Shown here: positions 39,139-47,573 of the stretch, piece by piece
How the letters are laid out: every line of letters begins with the position of its first letter
Position numbering within the stretch: position 1 is the stretch's first letter
Virus record (IMG/VR): IMGVR_UViG_3300025108_004499
Strand: one strand, 5' to 3'
DNA: 64,000 nucleotides
Source: a virus
Notes under the pieces: model-generated
What the model was told of the DNA's origin: nothing
The model's input: the letters and a program-made list of their open reading frames with translations, nothing else
Database searches by the model: none
Translations under genes and position numbers: made by a program

Positions 39139-39683
39139 TAATATTCTCCAACGTGTTCCCAAGGATAAACTAACCAAACATCTTCTTCTGCTTTATTTAC
39201 TTCGTGGCAACTATAGGATATTGTACTATTGAAATCACTTGCTAAATTATCGGTTAGTGTAGCAAAGCGAACATTGTTACCAAACACATTATTCCATTTA
39301 GGATCATCAGGCAAACACCCTTGTTTCCAGTCTTGCATAATCCAATTAAACGTAGCACCAGTATCGTTAATATCATCTACAATAAGAATTTTCTTTTCTA
39401 ATGGCCCTGCTGTTACTTTTGTACCATCGTTGTATCCATATGCATCTTCTGCCATCCATAACATACTATCGCCAGTCTTACCTGACTCTCCATCACGTAA
39501 ACTTACTTTAAGTGCTTCACAACGTATACCTGTGATGTTACTAATAATAGTAGCAGGTACATTACCACCACGTGTAATACCTACAATGTAATCAGGCTTC
39601 CAATTGTCAGCGTACATTTGATTTACAATACTAACGCACATACGTTCTACGTCTTGCCAGTTGTAATAGTGTTTTTTAATCAT
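39138..39683 (-). CDS. Type I phosphoribosyltransferase (purine PRTase/Gpt-like)
   Basis: GITRGG, ILIVDDINDTGAT PRPP loop and WLVYPWE. Confidence 0.85.
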   Translation of the reverse strand: MIKKHYYNWQDVERMCVSIVNQMYADNWKPDYIVGITRGGNVPATIISNITGIRCEALKVSLRDGESGKTGDSMLWMAEDAYGYNDGTKVTAGPLEKKILIVDDINDTGATFNWIMQDWKQGCLPDDPKWNNVFGNNVRFATLTDNLASDFNSTISYSCHEVNKAEEDVWLVYPWEHVGEY

Positions 39684-39858
39684 GATATCCATCATCCTCA
39701 TCTAATATTTTAATAGTTGGTTTATTAATAAACCAGTTTGGAACCTCTGGACAAGCATCTTTAATTTCTTGACTAGTATATGATTCAGGTTGTCTAATAC
39801 CATATTTGTTCATTTGGTCTAAAGCCCAATCTGTAACATCTTGCTTGTTCTTAAACAT
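39676..39858 (-). CDS. Hypothetical protein
   Basis: 60 aa; overlaps both neighbours. Confidence 0.45.
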   Translation of the reverse strand: MFKNKQDVTDWALDQMNKYGIRQPESYTSQEIKDACPEVPNWFINKPTIKILDEDDGYHD

Positions 39859-40267
39859 TCTTTAAATAATCCTTGTTGTCGATCCATTTACCATTTTTTA
39901 CAAAGCCCCAGCTTTGTGCTTTTCTACCCATGAAGAATAAACTCCAACATGGAATGTTATTTCCATCTTTGTCCTTTGCAAGCTCTAACCAATGTAGATC
40001 TTTTGCTGAACGAAAACGTATGCTACCTGGACCACGCCAAAACTTGCCTTGTGGTGTATGTTCCCAATAGCCGCCTTTAATAATAAATGCTCCCCAACTC
40101 CAAGGATGATCATGTAGTGTAGGCTCATCACTTACTAAAACTTTATGTAGTGTGATGTTAAAAGGAAAGTTTTTTCTTTCTTTTAAAAACAAATAATATC
40201 TTACTAGGTAAGGTACTTTACCGCTTCTATCTGTAATTACACGTTTACGGTTTTTAAAAAAGTTCAT
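39851..40267 (-). CDS. Cupin-like hypothetical protein
   Basis: LHDHPW...GGYWEH...H.LEL cupin pattern. Confidence 0.55.
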   Translation of the reverse strand: MNFFKNRKRVITDRSGKVPYLVRYYLFLKERKNFPFNITLHKVLVSDEPTLHDHPWSWGAFIIKGGYWEHTPQGKFWRGPGSIRFRSAKDLHWLELAKDKDGNNIPCWSLFFMGRKAQSWGFVKNGKWIDNKDYLKNV

Positions 40268-40601
40268 CTTTTATTTCCCCTGATTCTTTTTTACCTTTGT
40301 AATCTTGCTTAACCATATTATATACACTTTCAAAGTTGCGCCAAACTTTTACAAGTGCAGGATATTCTTTACACATGTTTTCTACTTCGTCTGGATCAAT
40401 CATGGTATCTAAAATATTATAATAACCACCTGTACTACCTGCACTATCAAATGTAATATTTGGACCTGCACTATTTGTATTGATAATGTATTCACCACCA
40501 GTATCATTTACACCATCAATGGTAATTGTTACATCACTAAGACCATAATCCATACTTGGTGAATCTGTTGTAATATAACCTGTATCGTAATCATCACCCA
40601 T
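40254..40601 (-). CDS. Hypothetical protein
   Basis: 115 aa; GGAGG SD. Confidence 0.55.
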   Translation of the reverse strand: MGDDYDTGYITTDSPSMDYGLSDVTITIDGVNDTGGEYIINTNSAGPNITFDSAGSTGGYYNILDTMIDPDEVENMCKEYPALVKVWRNFESVYNMVKQDYKGKKESGEIKDELF

Positions 40602-41673
40602 TGCTTACCTCCTTGTATAATGCTTCGCCACTAAAGAAAGATCTTTTTAAGTTGTATAATTGTTTATTCATAGGACCTTTATAACTATCATAGTTTTCCA
40701 TATAATCAATTACTTTGTCAACAAGTTGCGGTCTAAATTTTTTGTATTGCTCAAAGTTCTTAGTCCAAATACTTGGATACTTGAAAGGCTGATCTGCCAT
40801 TTCACTATAACTAAGTCTATCAGGAACCATAGGAATAGTATCAACTAATAAACCTTCGTACCAACTAATACCTAGTGTTTCTTGTAGATTAGCACTAAAC
40901 ACAAGTTTAGCTTTACCTAACAAATTATGGTAGTCATTTTTTGATAGTTGTTTTTCTTGACACACAATAAATTCATATTGCGGTAATTGTTCTTTTAAAT
41001 CTCTAAAGATTTCAACTTGTTTTTCTGGAGCAACTCTGTGCGGAAACAAAATTATATCTTCTTTAGGCATGCTTTTATAACTATCTAAACTAGTAGCCAA
41101 GTACTCCATAGGCCATCCAACACGTTTAATTTTATCTTCGTTAACGTGCCTATTATCTAAAATAGGATCACCTTTGTTTTTAAATGTTTGTAAAAATAAG
41201 TCTATATGAAACTGTGTAGCAAAAAAGTTATGATCATAACAATCAAACATACTACGTTCTGCATTCCTTACCCAAGGTTTATTACCTATAAGTCTACCTA
41301 AAAAATCTTGCGGATCATAACTACCTGCATGCCACAAACCACCAATGCGAATATCAACACCCAATAGCTCTGCCATATAGCGTAATTGAATAACTGTAGG
41401 ATTCCAGGCATCGGTATAGATAAAATAATCATCATCTTTAATTTCACCACTTGCAAACATCCTGCTAATCTCTAACATCTGTTGAGATTTGTAATTGTTA
41501 GTTCCGGCAAAGTTAAGAAATGCCCCAGGCGTTGTAGCCTGAGGTACTTCTCCACCACTAATAACAATAACTTCTTCATTCGTAGATCGTTGCAGTTGCT
41601 TTGGAAGATATTCTTTCCACTGCTTAGTATACCTAGTATCTACTGCTTCAATGTCTACGATAAAGATTGTCAT
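40594..41673 (-). CDS. Glycosyltransferase (GT-B, GT4-like)
   Basis: FPHR..PEKQ, LQETLGIS..EG and VPDRLSY.EM: the EX7E-type GT-B C-terminal motif. Confidence 0.75.
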   Translation of the reverse strand: MTIFIVDIEAVDTRYTKQWKEYLPKQLQRSTNEEVIVISGGEVPQATTPGAFLNFAGTNNYKSQQMLEISRMFASGEIKDDDYFIYTDAWNPTVIQLRYMAELLGVDIRIGGLWHAGSYDPQDFLGRLIGNKPWVRNAERSMFDCYDHNFFATQFHIDLFLQTFKNKGDPILDNRHVNEDKIKRVGWPMEYLATSLDSYKSMPKEDIILFPHRVAPEKQVEIFRDLKEQLPQYEFIVCQEKQLSKNDYHNLLGKAKLVFSANLQETLGISWYEGLLVDTIPMVPDRLSYSEMADQPFKYPSIWTKNFEQYKKFRPQLVDKVIDYMENYDSYKGPMNKQLYNLKRSFFSGEALYKEVSNG

Positions 41674-41939
41674 TAGTGTCTCCTATTACTCTGATAACGA
41701 CCTTGATTATTACGATCATTACGATGGTTATTAAATTTACGTTTGCCGCCTGAACGGAATCTGCTATAAGCCTGCCAAGCACGACTTTTATTATTATACA
41801 GATTTCTTTCGTCCCAAGTATAGCCATCATGACCAAACAAGTACGCGGTCCTGCAGAACGCTTTGAAACGTTCCATATCGTCAAAGATTTTTACAATCTC
41901 TGGGTTTTTAGCAAAGTATTCACCCTGGTTGTAAGCCAT
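41673..41939 (-). CDS. Hypothetical protein with basic N/R-rich tail
   Basis: 88 aa; AAGGAG SD. Confidence 0.55.
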   Translation of the reverse strand: MAYNQGEYFAKNPEIVKIFDDMERFKAFCRTAYLFGHDGYTWDERNLYNNKSRAWQAYSRFRSGGKRKFNNHRNDRNNQGRYQSNRRH

Positions 41940-41951
41940 TTATTATCTCCT

Positions 41952-42413
41952 TTAATAGCTAGGGTATGTAATTTGTGCACCGTTCTCTCCGTCTTCGGAA
42001 ATCTCGATGTGGACCTCACGTCCAGTATATTTTGTTGTAATCTGCTCATACAAATCATCTGACATCATTTCACATGACTTATAATCTAGTTCAAGTGTTT
42101 TTTCTGCGTAAAGTTTCTCCATCCATCTTTTAAATTGAATAAACTCGATATCTCTGTCATTATGTGTAACAGTAATACCTACTCTAAAATGAAATATGTG
42201 TCTATGGGGATATCCCAAAAAACTAACATCATATTCATCACCTGTTGCAAGACTAGGATCATCTAGTGCCGCAGGATACTTATGGATACCTTCTTTCTTA
42301 AAGGTTACCCAAATCATACGTTTTGCTTCTTTCATTGCTTTGTCTTTAGCATCAATCATATCTTGTTCTCTCATTCTACGCATCATATAGTCATAATGTC
42401 GTTCTTGTTGCAT
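41952..42413 (-). CDS. queD: QueD-like 6-carboxytetrahydropterin synthase (T-fold)
   Basis: GIH.YP...HRHIFHF...DIEFI...SCE...ISEDGENG; context with folE, queE and dpdA. The true start may be a downstream Met. Confidence 0.65.
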   Translation of the reverse strand: MQQERHYDYMMRRMREQDMIDAKDKAMKEAKRMIWVTFKKEGIHKYPAALDDPSLATGDEYDVSFLGYPHRHIFHFRVGITVTHNDRDIEFIQFKRWMEKLYAEKTLELDYKSCEMMSDDLYEQITTKYTGREVHIEISEDGENGAQITYPSY

Positions 42414-42415
42414 TT

Positions 42416-42444
42416 ATTATACTACCTTTACTCATTGTTGTCAA
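42416..42444 (-). promoter_or_regulatory. Consensus sigma70 promoter upstream of the queD-like gene
   Basis: TTGACA-N17-TATAAT. Confidence 0.7.
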
Positions 42445-42973
42445 TAGATATTGGTGAATCATTTTCGTATTTTTCCCAAGATGTAAACTTATCTCTTGAC
42501 TGCAAATCTCTAGCATAATGTACCCAAACACCTGCATTTGATGCTTTAAAGTCTTTATCATCAATTTTAATACATGCATTGTAGTTAAGTTGATCAATAT
42601 AAGGTAGTTTTACGCTAATCATACTAATAAACTTTTTATGTTCATTATACCCAGATTCTAACACCCAACTATGAAACTTAACATCATAGTCTAGTGTAAC
42701 CCAAAAGCCAGCTTTACATAATCCATCAACTAATAGATCCCATGCTGTATTTTGTTCGTTCTTACCGTATGGCAATTCAATGTCAAAACTTTGATTGGCG
42801 CCTAAGTAAATGTGTTCGACTGATTCCGCTTTTGCTCTTTCAATCACGTCATCAACATCTTGTGGTCCTACAACAAACAATGTATGTTCATTGTGAACTG
42901 GTGTATGCTCTACTTCATAACCTGTAAAATATACAACGTCATCTTTGACGCCATCATCGTAATCTCTATTCAT
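42428..42973 (-). CDS. Hypothetical protein between dpdA and queD
   Basis: 181 aa; G.EVEHTP...TLFVVG...HIYLGANQSF...KIDD.DF...GVW.H. Confidence 0.6.
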   Translation of the reverse strand: MNRDYDDGVKDDVVYFTGYEVEHTPVHNEHTLFVVGPQDVDDVIERAKAESVEHIYLGANQSFDIELPYGKNEQNTAWDLLVDGLCKAGFWVTLDYDVKFHSWVLESGYNEHKKFISMISVKLPYIDQLNYNACIKIDDKDFKASNAGVWVHYARDLQSRDKFTSWEKYENDSPISIDNNE

Positions 42974-43151
42974 CTTTTGCTAACTGATCCTTTATTGCAA
43001 GTTTTTCTTTTTTTAGATTAATAAGGTGTGATTTGTGATTATATGATCTATCACCTTCACGTTCTTTTTCTATTGCTTCAACTTTGTTGTGTAAGTAGTC
43101 GTGCATATTTTGTAACTTTTTTGCACTTTTACTTTTTCTTCCTGTCGCCAT
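42966..43151 (-). CDS. Small coiled-coil protein (DUF465/YdcH-like)
   Basis: H..L...LKKEKLAIKDQL. Confidence 0.5.
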   Translation of the reverse strand: MATGRKSKSAKKLQNMHDYLHNKVEAIEKEREGDRSYNHKSHLINLKKEKLAIKDQLAKDE

Positions 43152-43153
43152 CT

Positions 43154-44686
43154 TTATACCTCCGTAAATAAATTTGAAAAGCCTGTATTTGCATTTACAG
43201 TCTTTTTACCTACTGCTCCTCTAGTGCCAATAATTGACATCCAGAATTTACTATATTCTTCTATGATTGCTTCTGCTTCGTCTCTGTTTGAAGTTGCAAA
43301 TATTGCTTCCACAACATCTTTAAAATATAGCCTGTCGAATTGTTCCTCCACAAGCATTGCCGGAACATTTCCATTGTCGTATTGTCTGTTTGCTTCTTGT
43401 ACTGCATTAACATGACTCCATACGTTGTGACCCATTTGTATAGCATAACTAAAACTATCCCAACTAGTTGAGTCACGTTTACGAATAATTTGATTACCGT
43501 CTTCGTCTAGTATAGGATTACCATGTTTGTCTCTATCAATTTCTCCTGCTAAAATTTTAGGACCACCAACTTTGTTAGTGTCACCAGGAGCATATATACA
43601 AACATCGTTTACTTTAATATTTTTAGTCAAAGGACTATCAGTAAAGTTTTTAAATATTCCATCTGCTAGTACACCATCTCTAAAGTTACGTGTATCAGTT
43701 GCGTACTTTAATTCATCAATACTTGGAACCATTCTGTAGACCCATTTAGTTCTATCTTCAGTTTCAGTTTGAATGTAAATTTGTCCATTTGCTGTAGCAA
43801 GGAAAGGAGAAGCACAATCAAATGTAATTGTAAAGTTTGGATTATGATACTTACGTACTGCTCTTTGTATATCAGTTAGTAGTGTAGCCCATTCTAGTTT
43901 GCTTGTTCCTAGAAAGTGCATAAAGTCATGTTTACCTTGTTCAAGTAATCCATCAAAACGTAATGCTACAATACGTTTAAGAACTAAGTGTATATCACAC
44001 ATGTTCTGTCCACCCATCGACCATCCGTTAAAGTGATTCTCATACTTTGCAGGATCACAATAGTCTTTCATCTGTTGATACCAATCTTCAGCATCAGCAT
44101 GATTCTCACCTTGTAATACATTTAAGAACTTACAAGCACCTGTTCTGTGTTTCATAAAGTAGTCGTTGTTAATACGTGTAGCATTAACAGCCTCTTGATA
44201 TGTACTAATACCTGTTGCTTTTGCACCAGCAGGTGAACGTGCCACCCAAGCCGGAATATCAAGTATCATACCATAGTCCATATAAGCATCCATCCACGCA
44301 AGTACTTGCTCACGTTTCTTTTGTGCTTTAGGACAATTAGGATCTTTCCAATCGCCTTCCCAAACACCTTTACCAATTTGGAAGCCACCTGAGTCACCTA
44401 ACAACCAACTGTTCTCACGATCACGTTCTCTAACCATAAGTTCTTTTGGAGCATCTTTATTGATATCTAATTCAGCATGTCCTGCTGAGTACAGAGTCCA
44501 ATGATAGTTAAACATTCCTTCTTTTTTGTTTAACCAATTCATACTTTCCATACTAGGATAAGGAATACGACTTTCTTCAACATATTCTTCACGCCTTTGC
44601 TTACCTACAAATGTTGCGTAGAATCCACTTAGAGCTGGAAGAAATATTGCATAGTCTTTTTGTGCTGTTGTTAAGTCAGTATTCAA
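43154..44686 (-). CDS. dpdA: DpdA / tRNA-guanine-transglycosylase-like DNA base-exchange enzyme
   Basis: LGDSGGFQ, MILDIP, NVLQG, MHFLG, TFDCAS and a late GHN are TGT-fold motifs; co-located with folE, queD and queE. TTG start after AGGAG. Confidence 0.75.
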   Translation of the reverse strand: MNTDLTTAQKDYAIFLPALSGFYATFVGKQRREEYVEESRIPYPSMESMNWLNKKEGMFNYHWTLYSAGHAELDINKDAPKELMVRERDRENSWLLGDSGGFQIGKGVWEGDWKDPNCPKAQKKREQVLAWMDAYMDYGMILDIPAWVARSPAGAKATGISTYQEAVNATRINNDYFMKHRTGACKFLNVLQGENHADAEDWYQQMKDYCDPAKYENHFNGWSMGGQNMCDIHLVLKRIVALRFDGLLEQGKHDFMHFLGTSKLEWATLLTDIQRAVRKYHNPNFTITFDCASPFLATANGQIYIQTETEDRTKWVYRMVPSIDELKYATDTRNFRDGVLADGIFKNFTDSPLTKNIKVNDVCIYAPGDTNKVGGPKILAGEIDRDKHGNPILDEDGNQIIRKRDSTSWDSFSYAIQMGHNVWSHVNAVQEANRQYDNGNVPAMLVEEQFDRLYFKDVVEAIFATSNRDEAEAIIEEYSKFWMSIIGTRGAVGKKTVNANTGFSNLFTEV

Positions 44687-44696
44687 CTTGTTTCTC

Positions 44697-45443
44697 CTAC
44701 TTAGATTGTGCTGGCAAAATGTAATTGTATGTTCCCATACCACTATCAACTGTAATTTGCATTGCACCTTGATCACTTAGACTCATTGTTGCTTGTCCGT
44801 CCAAGTTTAAGATTGCTTGTACTTGTGCTACAGGATATGTCCATGCATGCTTTAATGTACCTTCAACACCTGTTTGGAATACAAACTTACCTGCGTGTGT
44901 ATTTGCATCACCAAAGTAAAACATTACATCAGTAACACCACTAGTTTCTTCAACTTTAATTGTAAAAGTTGTTTCTTCTGAATGTGCCGCACTTTGCAAT
45001 TTCATTCTAGTAATTGCCGCTAACGATGGAGTAAATGATACATCCCATGTTGCACCTTTAAACTTAACACTTTTAAGTTTTTCATTAATAATCTCTGTTG
45101 ACATAAAACGGAAATCGTTTTGGAAATCACCTGCTTCATTCTCAAAGTGAATACCAGTTGGAATAACTGTACCATTACGATCTTGTTCGGTAATTGTAAG
45201 TTTGCTATTCTTTTGATACTCTGGATTCTTTAAATGCAATGCAAGTTTATCTAAGTTAGGCATACCAAAAATGTTTGCGCCAAATTCAGCTACCTTTTCT
45301 TTTGTGTTTGCTGACAGAATTACACTGCGATCTTCTGCCATTGATTCAACAGTAGTACTACTGTCGTCTCCTGTTACTTTCACTAAGCTCAAAAAGCCTA
45401 AAGAATGTGTCTTTGCTACTACGTCTTGTAAAATATCTTTCAT
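44697..45443 (-). CDS. Probable DNA polymerase sliding clamp (gp45-like)
   Basis: 248 aa alpha/beta protein ending YILPAQ, as clamps do, near the polymerase. Inferred from size, C-terminus and context. Confidence 0.5.
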   Translation of the reverse strand: MKDILQDVVAKTHSLGFLSLVKVTGDDSSTTVESMAEDRSVILSANTKEKVAEFGANIFGMPNLDKLALHLKNPEYQKNSKLTITEQDRNGTVIPTGIHFENEAGDFQNDFRFMSTEIINEKLKSVKFKGATWDVSFTPSLAAITRMKLQSAAHSEETTFTIKVEETSGVTDVMFYFGDANTHAGKFVFQTGVEGTLKHAWTYPVAQVQAILNLDGQATMSLSDQGAMQITVDSGMGTYNYILPAQSK

Positions 45444-45466
45444 AATACTTCTCCTATGTTCCTTTT

Positions 45467-45495
45467 ATTATACGACATTTTGTTGATAAAGTCAA
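45467..45495 (-). promoter_or_regulatory. Sigma70 promoter for the clamp-dpdA unit
   Basis: TTGACT-N17-TATAAT. Confidence 0.75.
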
Positions 45496-45899
45496 CAACT
45501 TTTTACTCTATTTCGGAGATCACTGCTCGAAAAACGGTGCTCTCTTTTGTTAAAAAACAGTTCGATTCCTCGTTTGGCACATATAGCCCTACCAGTAAAC
45601 TTACCATTTTTGTATTCTTCACCTAAAATCCTTACATCAATATGAAGCATATTTAGAATGTCTTCTAAGTCAGTTTCTGTTTGATATGGGATTATTTCGT
45701 CAACGTACTTGACAGCACTAAGTTGTGTATGTCTTTCTACTATAGTTTGTACGGGTGAATTTTTCTCTGGACGATCAAGACTTGGATCAATTTGTAGGCC
45801 ACAAATCAAGTAGTCACATTGTTCTTTTGCATCTCTCAGCATTTGTATATGACCTGCGTGGAGCAGATCAAATGTACTACATGTGAAGCCTATTCTCAT
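45492..45899 (-). CDS. Cytidylyltransferase (TagD/glycerol-3-phosphate CT-like)
   Basis: TFDLLHAGH (HxGH), ER...VDE and RFSSS.LR. Confidence 0.85.
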   Translation of the reverse strand: MRIGFTCSTFDLLHAGHIQMLRDAKEQCDYLICGLQIDPSLDRPEKNSPVQTIVERHTQLSAVKYVDEIIPYQTETDLEDILNMLHIDVRILGEEYKNGKFTGRAICAKRGIELFFNKREHRFSSSDLRNRVKSC

Positions 45900-46609
45900 T
45901 TCTTAAAGCCTTGTTCTTTTAAAAATCCATCTACTGTATATTTAGGTCTAAAGCCTAACTTATCCATCAAATGTGTATTTGCCTGTGTTTTTGTTCTTTC
46001 GCCAATAGTATTTAACTTTACTGGCAAATCAGGTCTTATGTCCTGGATCCTTACACATTCTCCAGTACCAATGTCAATATTACCTGTTAGGTCTTTGTCC
46101 ATTAATAACATAATACCATCTGTTAAATCTTCTAAATGTATAAAATCTCTTAGATGATTTGTTGTGTATTCTAATGTATTGTTAAGCAATTTATCAAAGA
46201 ACATTTTAGCTCTTGGACTTTCGCTGTACACTGTATGAAATCTCATAAACAATGCATTAGGGTGTGGAATGTTTTCAATTACATTCTTACTTGCGGCATA
46301 TGGATTAAGATGTGGTTCGTACTGTGAACTTGATCCTGCTACTAATACTCGAACATTATCGTAGAACTCAAGTATACGTTTTGTTCCTTCTACATTAGTG
46401 TCCCAATACTTTTTAGGATCAGCAAGACTTTCTCTTACGCCGCCAATGCCTGCTAAGTGTATTACAAAATCTACCTTAGGTAGTTCTGAGGTTAATATAT
46501 TAGTACCTTCTTTAATATCTATACCGACAACATCATGTCCATCTACAACTAACTTTTCTTTTAGTCTTGATCCGATGAAACCTAGATGCCCTGTAATTAG
46601 TATCTTCAT
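45896..46609 (-). CDS. NAD-dependent epimerase/dehydratase
   Basis: ITGHLGFIG, HLAG, YAASK (YxxxK) and RDFIH. Confidence 0.85.
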   Translation of the reverse strand: MKILITGHLGFIGSRLKEKLVVDGHDVVGIDIKEGTNILTSELPKVDFVIHLAGIGGVRESLADPKKYWDTNVEGTKRILEFYDNVRVLVAGSSSQYEPHLNPYAASKNVIENIPHPNALFMRFHTVYSESPRAKMFFDKLLNNTLEYTTNHLRDFIHLEDLTDGIMLLMDKDLTGNIDIGTGECVRIQDIRPDLPVKLNTIGERTKTQANTHLMDKLGFRPKYTVDGFLKEQGFKK

Positions 46610-47361
46610 GTTTCTTTCCTTTTGTTCTTATTGCTTGTTACAGCAGTTGATAATATTGGTAGTGTGGCGCCAATTACATTTGCTGAATACAGCAATGCTT
46701 CTGTATCTTTTGGAAAGCATGCTCCTCCAAAACCTTTGTCGCCATCTGGACCTGGAACTTGCATATGACTATGTGTAATTCTTTTGTCCTCACCTACCAA
46801 TGCTTTAACTTGATTATAATCTATTCCTGCTGATTCGCATAGATCAAATACTTCGTTAAAGAAAGCAACCTTGGTTGCTAAAAAACTATTGCGTAAATAT
46901 TTTGTTAATATTAATTCTTCTACCGTAGCATAGATTGGATTGAATCCTTTACATAAAATAAACACATCATTCCAAAACTCTACATTACCTCCACCAAATA
47001 ACATTGTTGTTTGATTTTTAAAGTCTTCGTTTGCATTGGCCGCAGTTAAAAACTCAGGGCTAAATGTAATTTCTTTATTTTGTGGCTTAAGATCTTTGCG
47101 CCACCCTTCTAAACTAATTGTGCTTTTGATTAAAATAGGTTTATCACTTGGACATGCTTTAACTACAGTTTCAACAATAGTCATATTACATGCTCCTGTT
47201 ACTGTAGCAGGTGTTGGAACACAAATAACATAACCGTCGCTATCGTTATCAATAACATTATCGTTATATTCAGGATCAACAATCTTTACTTCATGATAGT
47301 CTTTGAGTACTTCGTACACAGCCTTGCCTACAAAGCCATACCCAATTAAAGTTAGTTTCAT
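46606..47361 (-). CDS. ugd: UDP-glucose/GDP-mannose 6-dehydrogenase family (lacks C-terminal domain)
   Basis: IGYGFVG, CVPTP, IKST, SPEFL, K...N.FLA.K and GFGGACFPKD. Confidence 0.8.
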   Translation of the reverse strand: MKLTLIGYGFVGKAVYEVLKDYHEVKIVDPEYNDNVIDNDSDGYVICVPTPATVTGACNMTIVETVVKACPSDKPILIKSTISLEGWRKDLKPQNKEITFSPEFLTAANANEDFKNQTTMLFGGGNVEFWNDVFILCKGFNPIYATVEELILTKYLRNSFLATKVAFFNEVFDLCESAGIDYNQVKALVGEDKRITHSHMQVPGPDGDKGFGGACFPKDTEALLYSANVIGATLPILSTAVTSNKNKRKET

Positions 47362-47573
47362 TTAGCCTCCTTCTTTGCTTGCAATTTAGGATGTGGAGTT
47401 TTATCGTTAAAGATATCTCCAGCCATTGCTTGTATTTGTTCTACTAGATGAGTAACTAACTGTTCGTCATACTTCTCACCTGGTGCCTTTTTATATTTTT
47501 CTCTATGTGCTTGAACAGCCATTCCGTGCATTGCACTAACCTTGTCCATTAGTTGTTGTATTGTATGTTGCAT
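47358..47573 (-). CDS. Hypothetical protein
   Basis: 71 aa; GGAGG SD; coupled to the pol stop. Confidence 0.55.
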   Translation of the reverse strand: MQHTIQQLMDKVSAMHGMAVQAHREKYKKAPGEKYDEQLVTHLVEQIQAMAGDIFNDKTPHPKLQAKKEAK

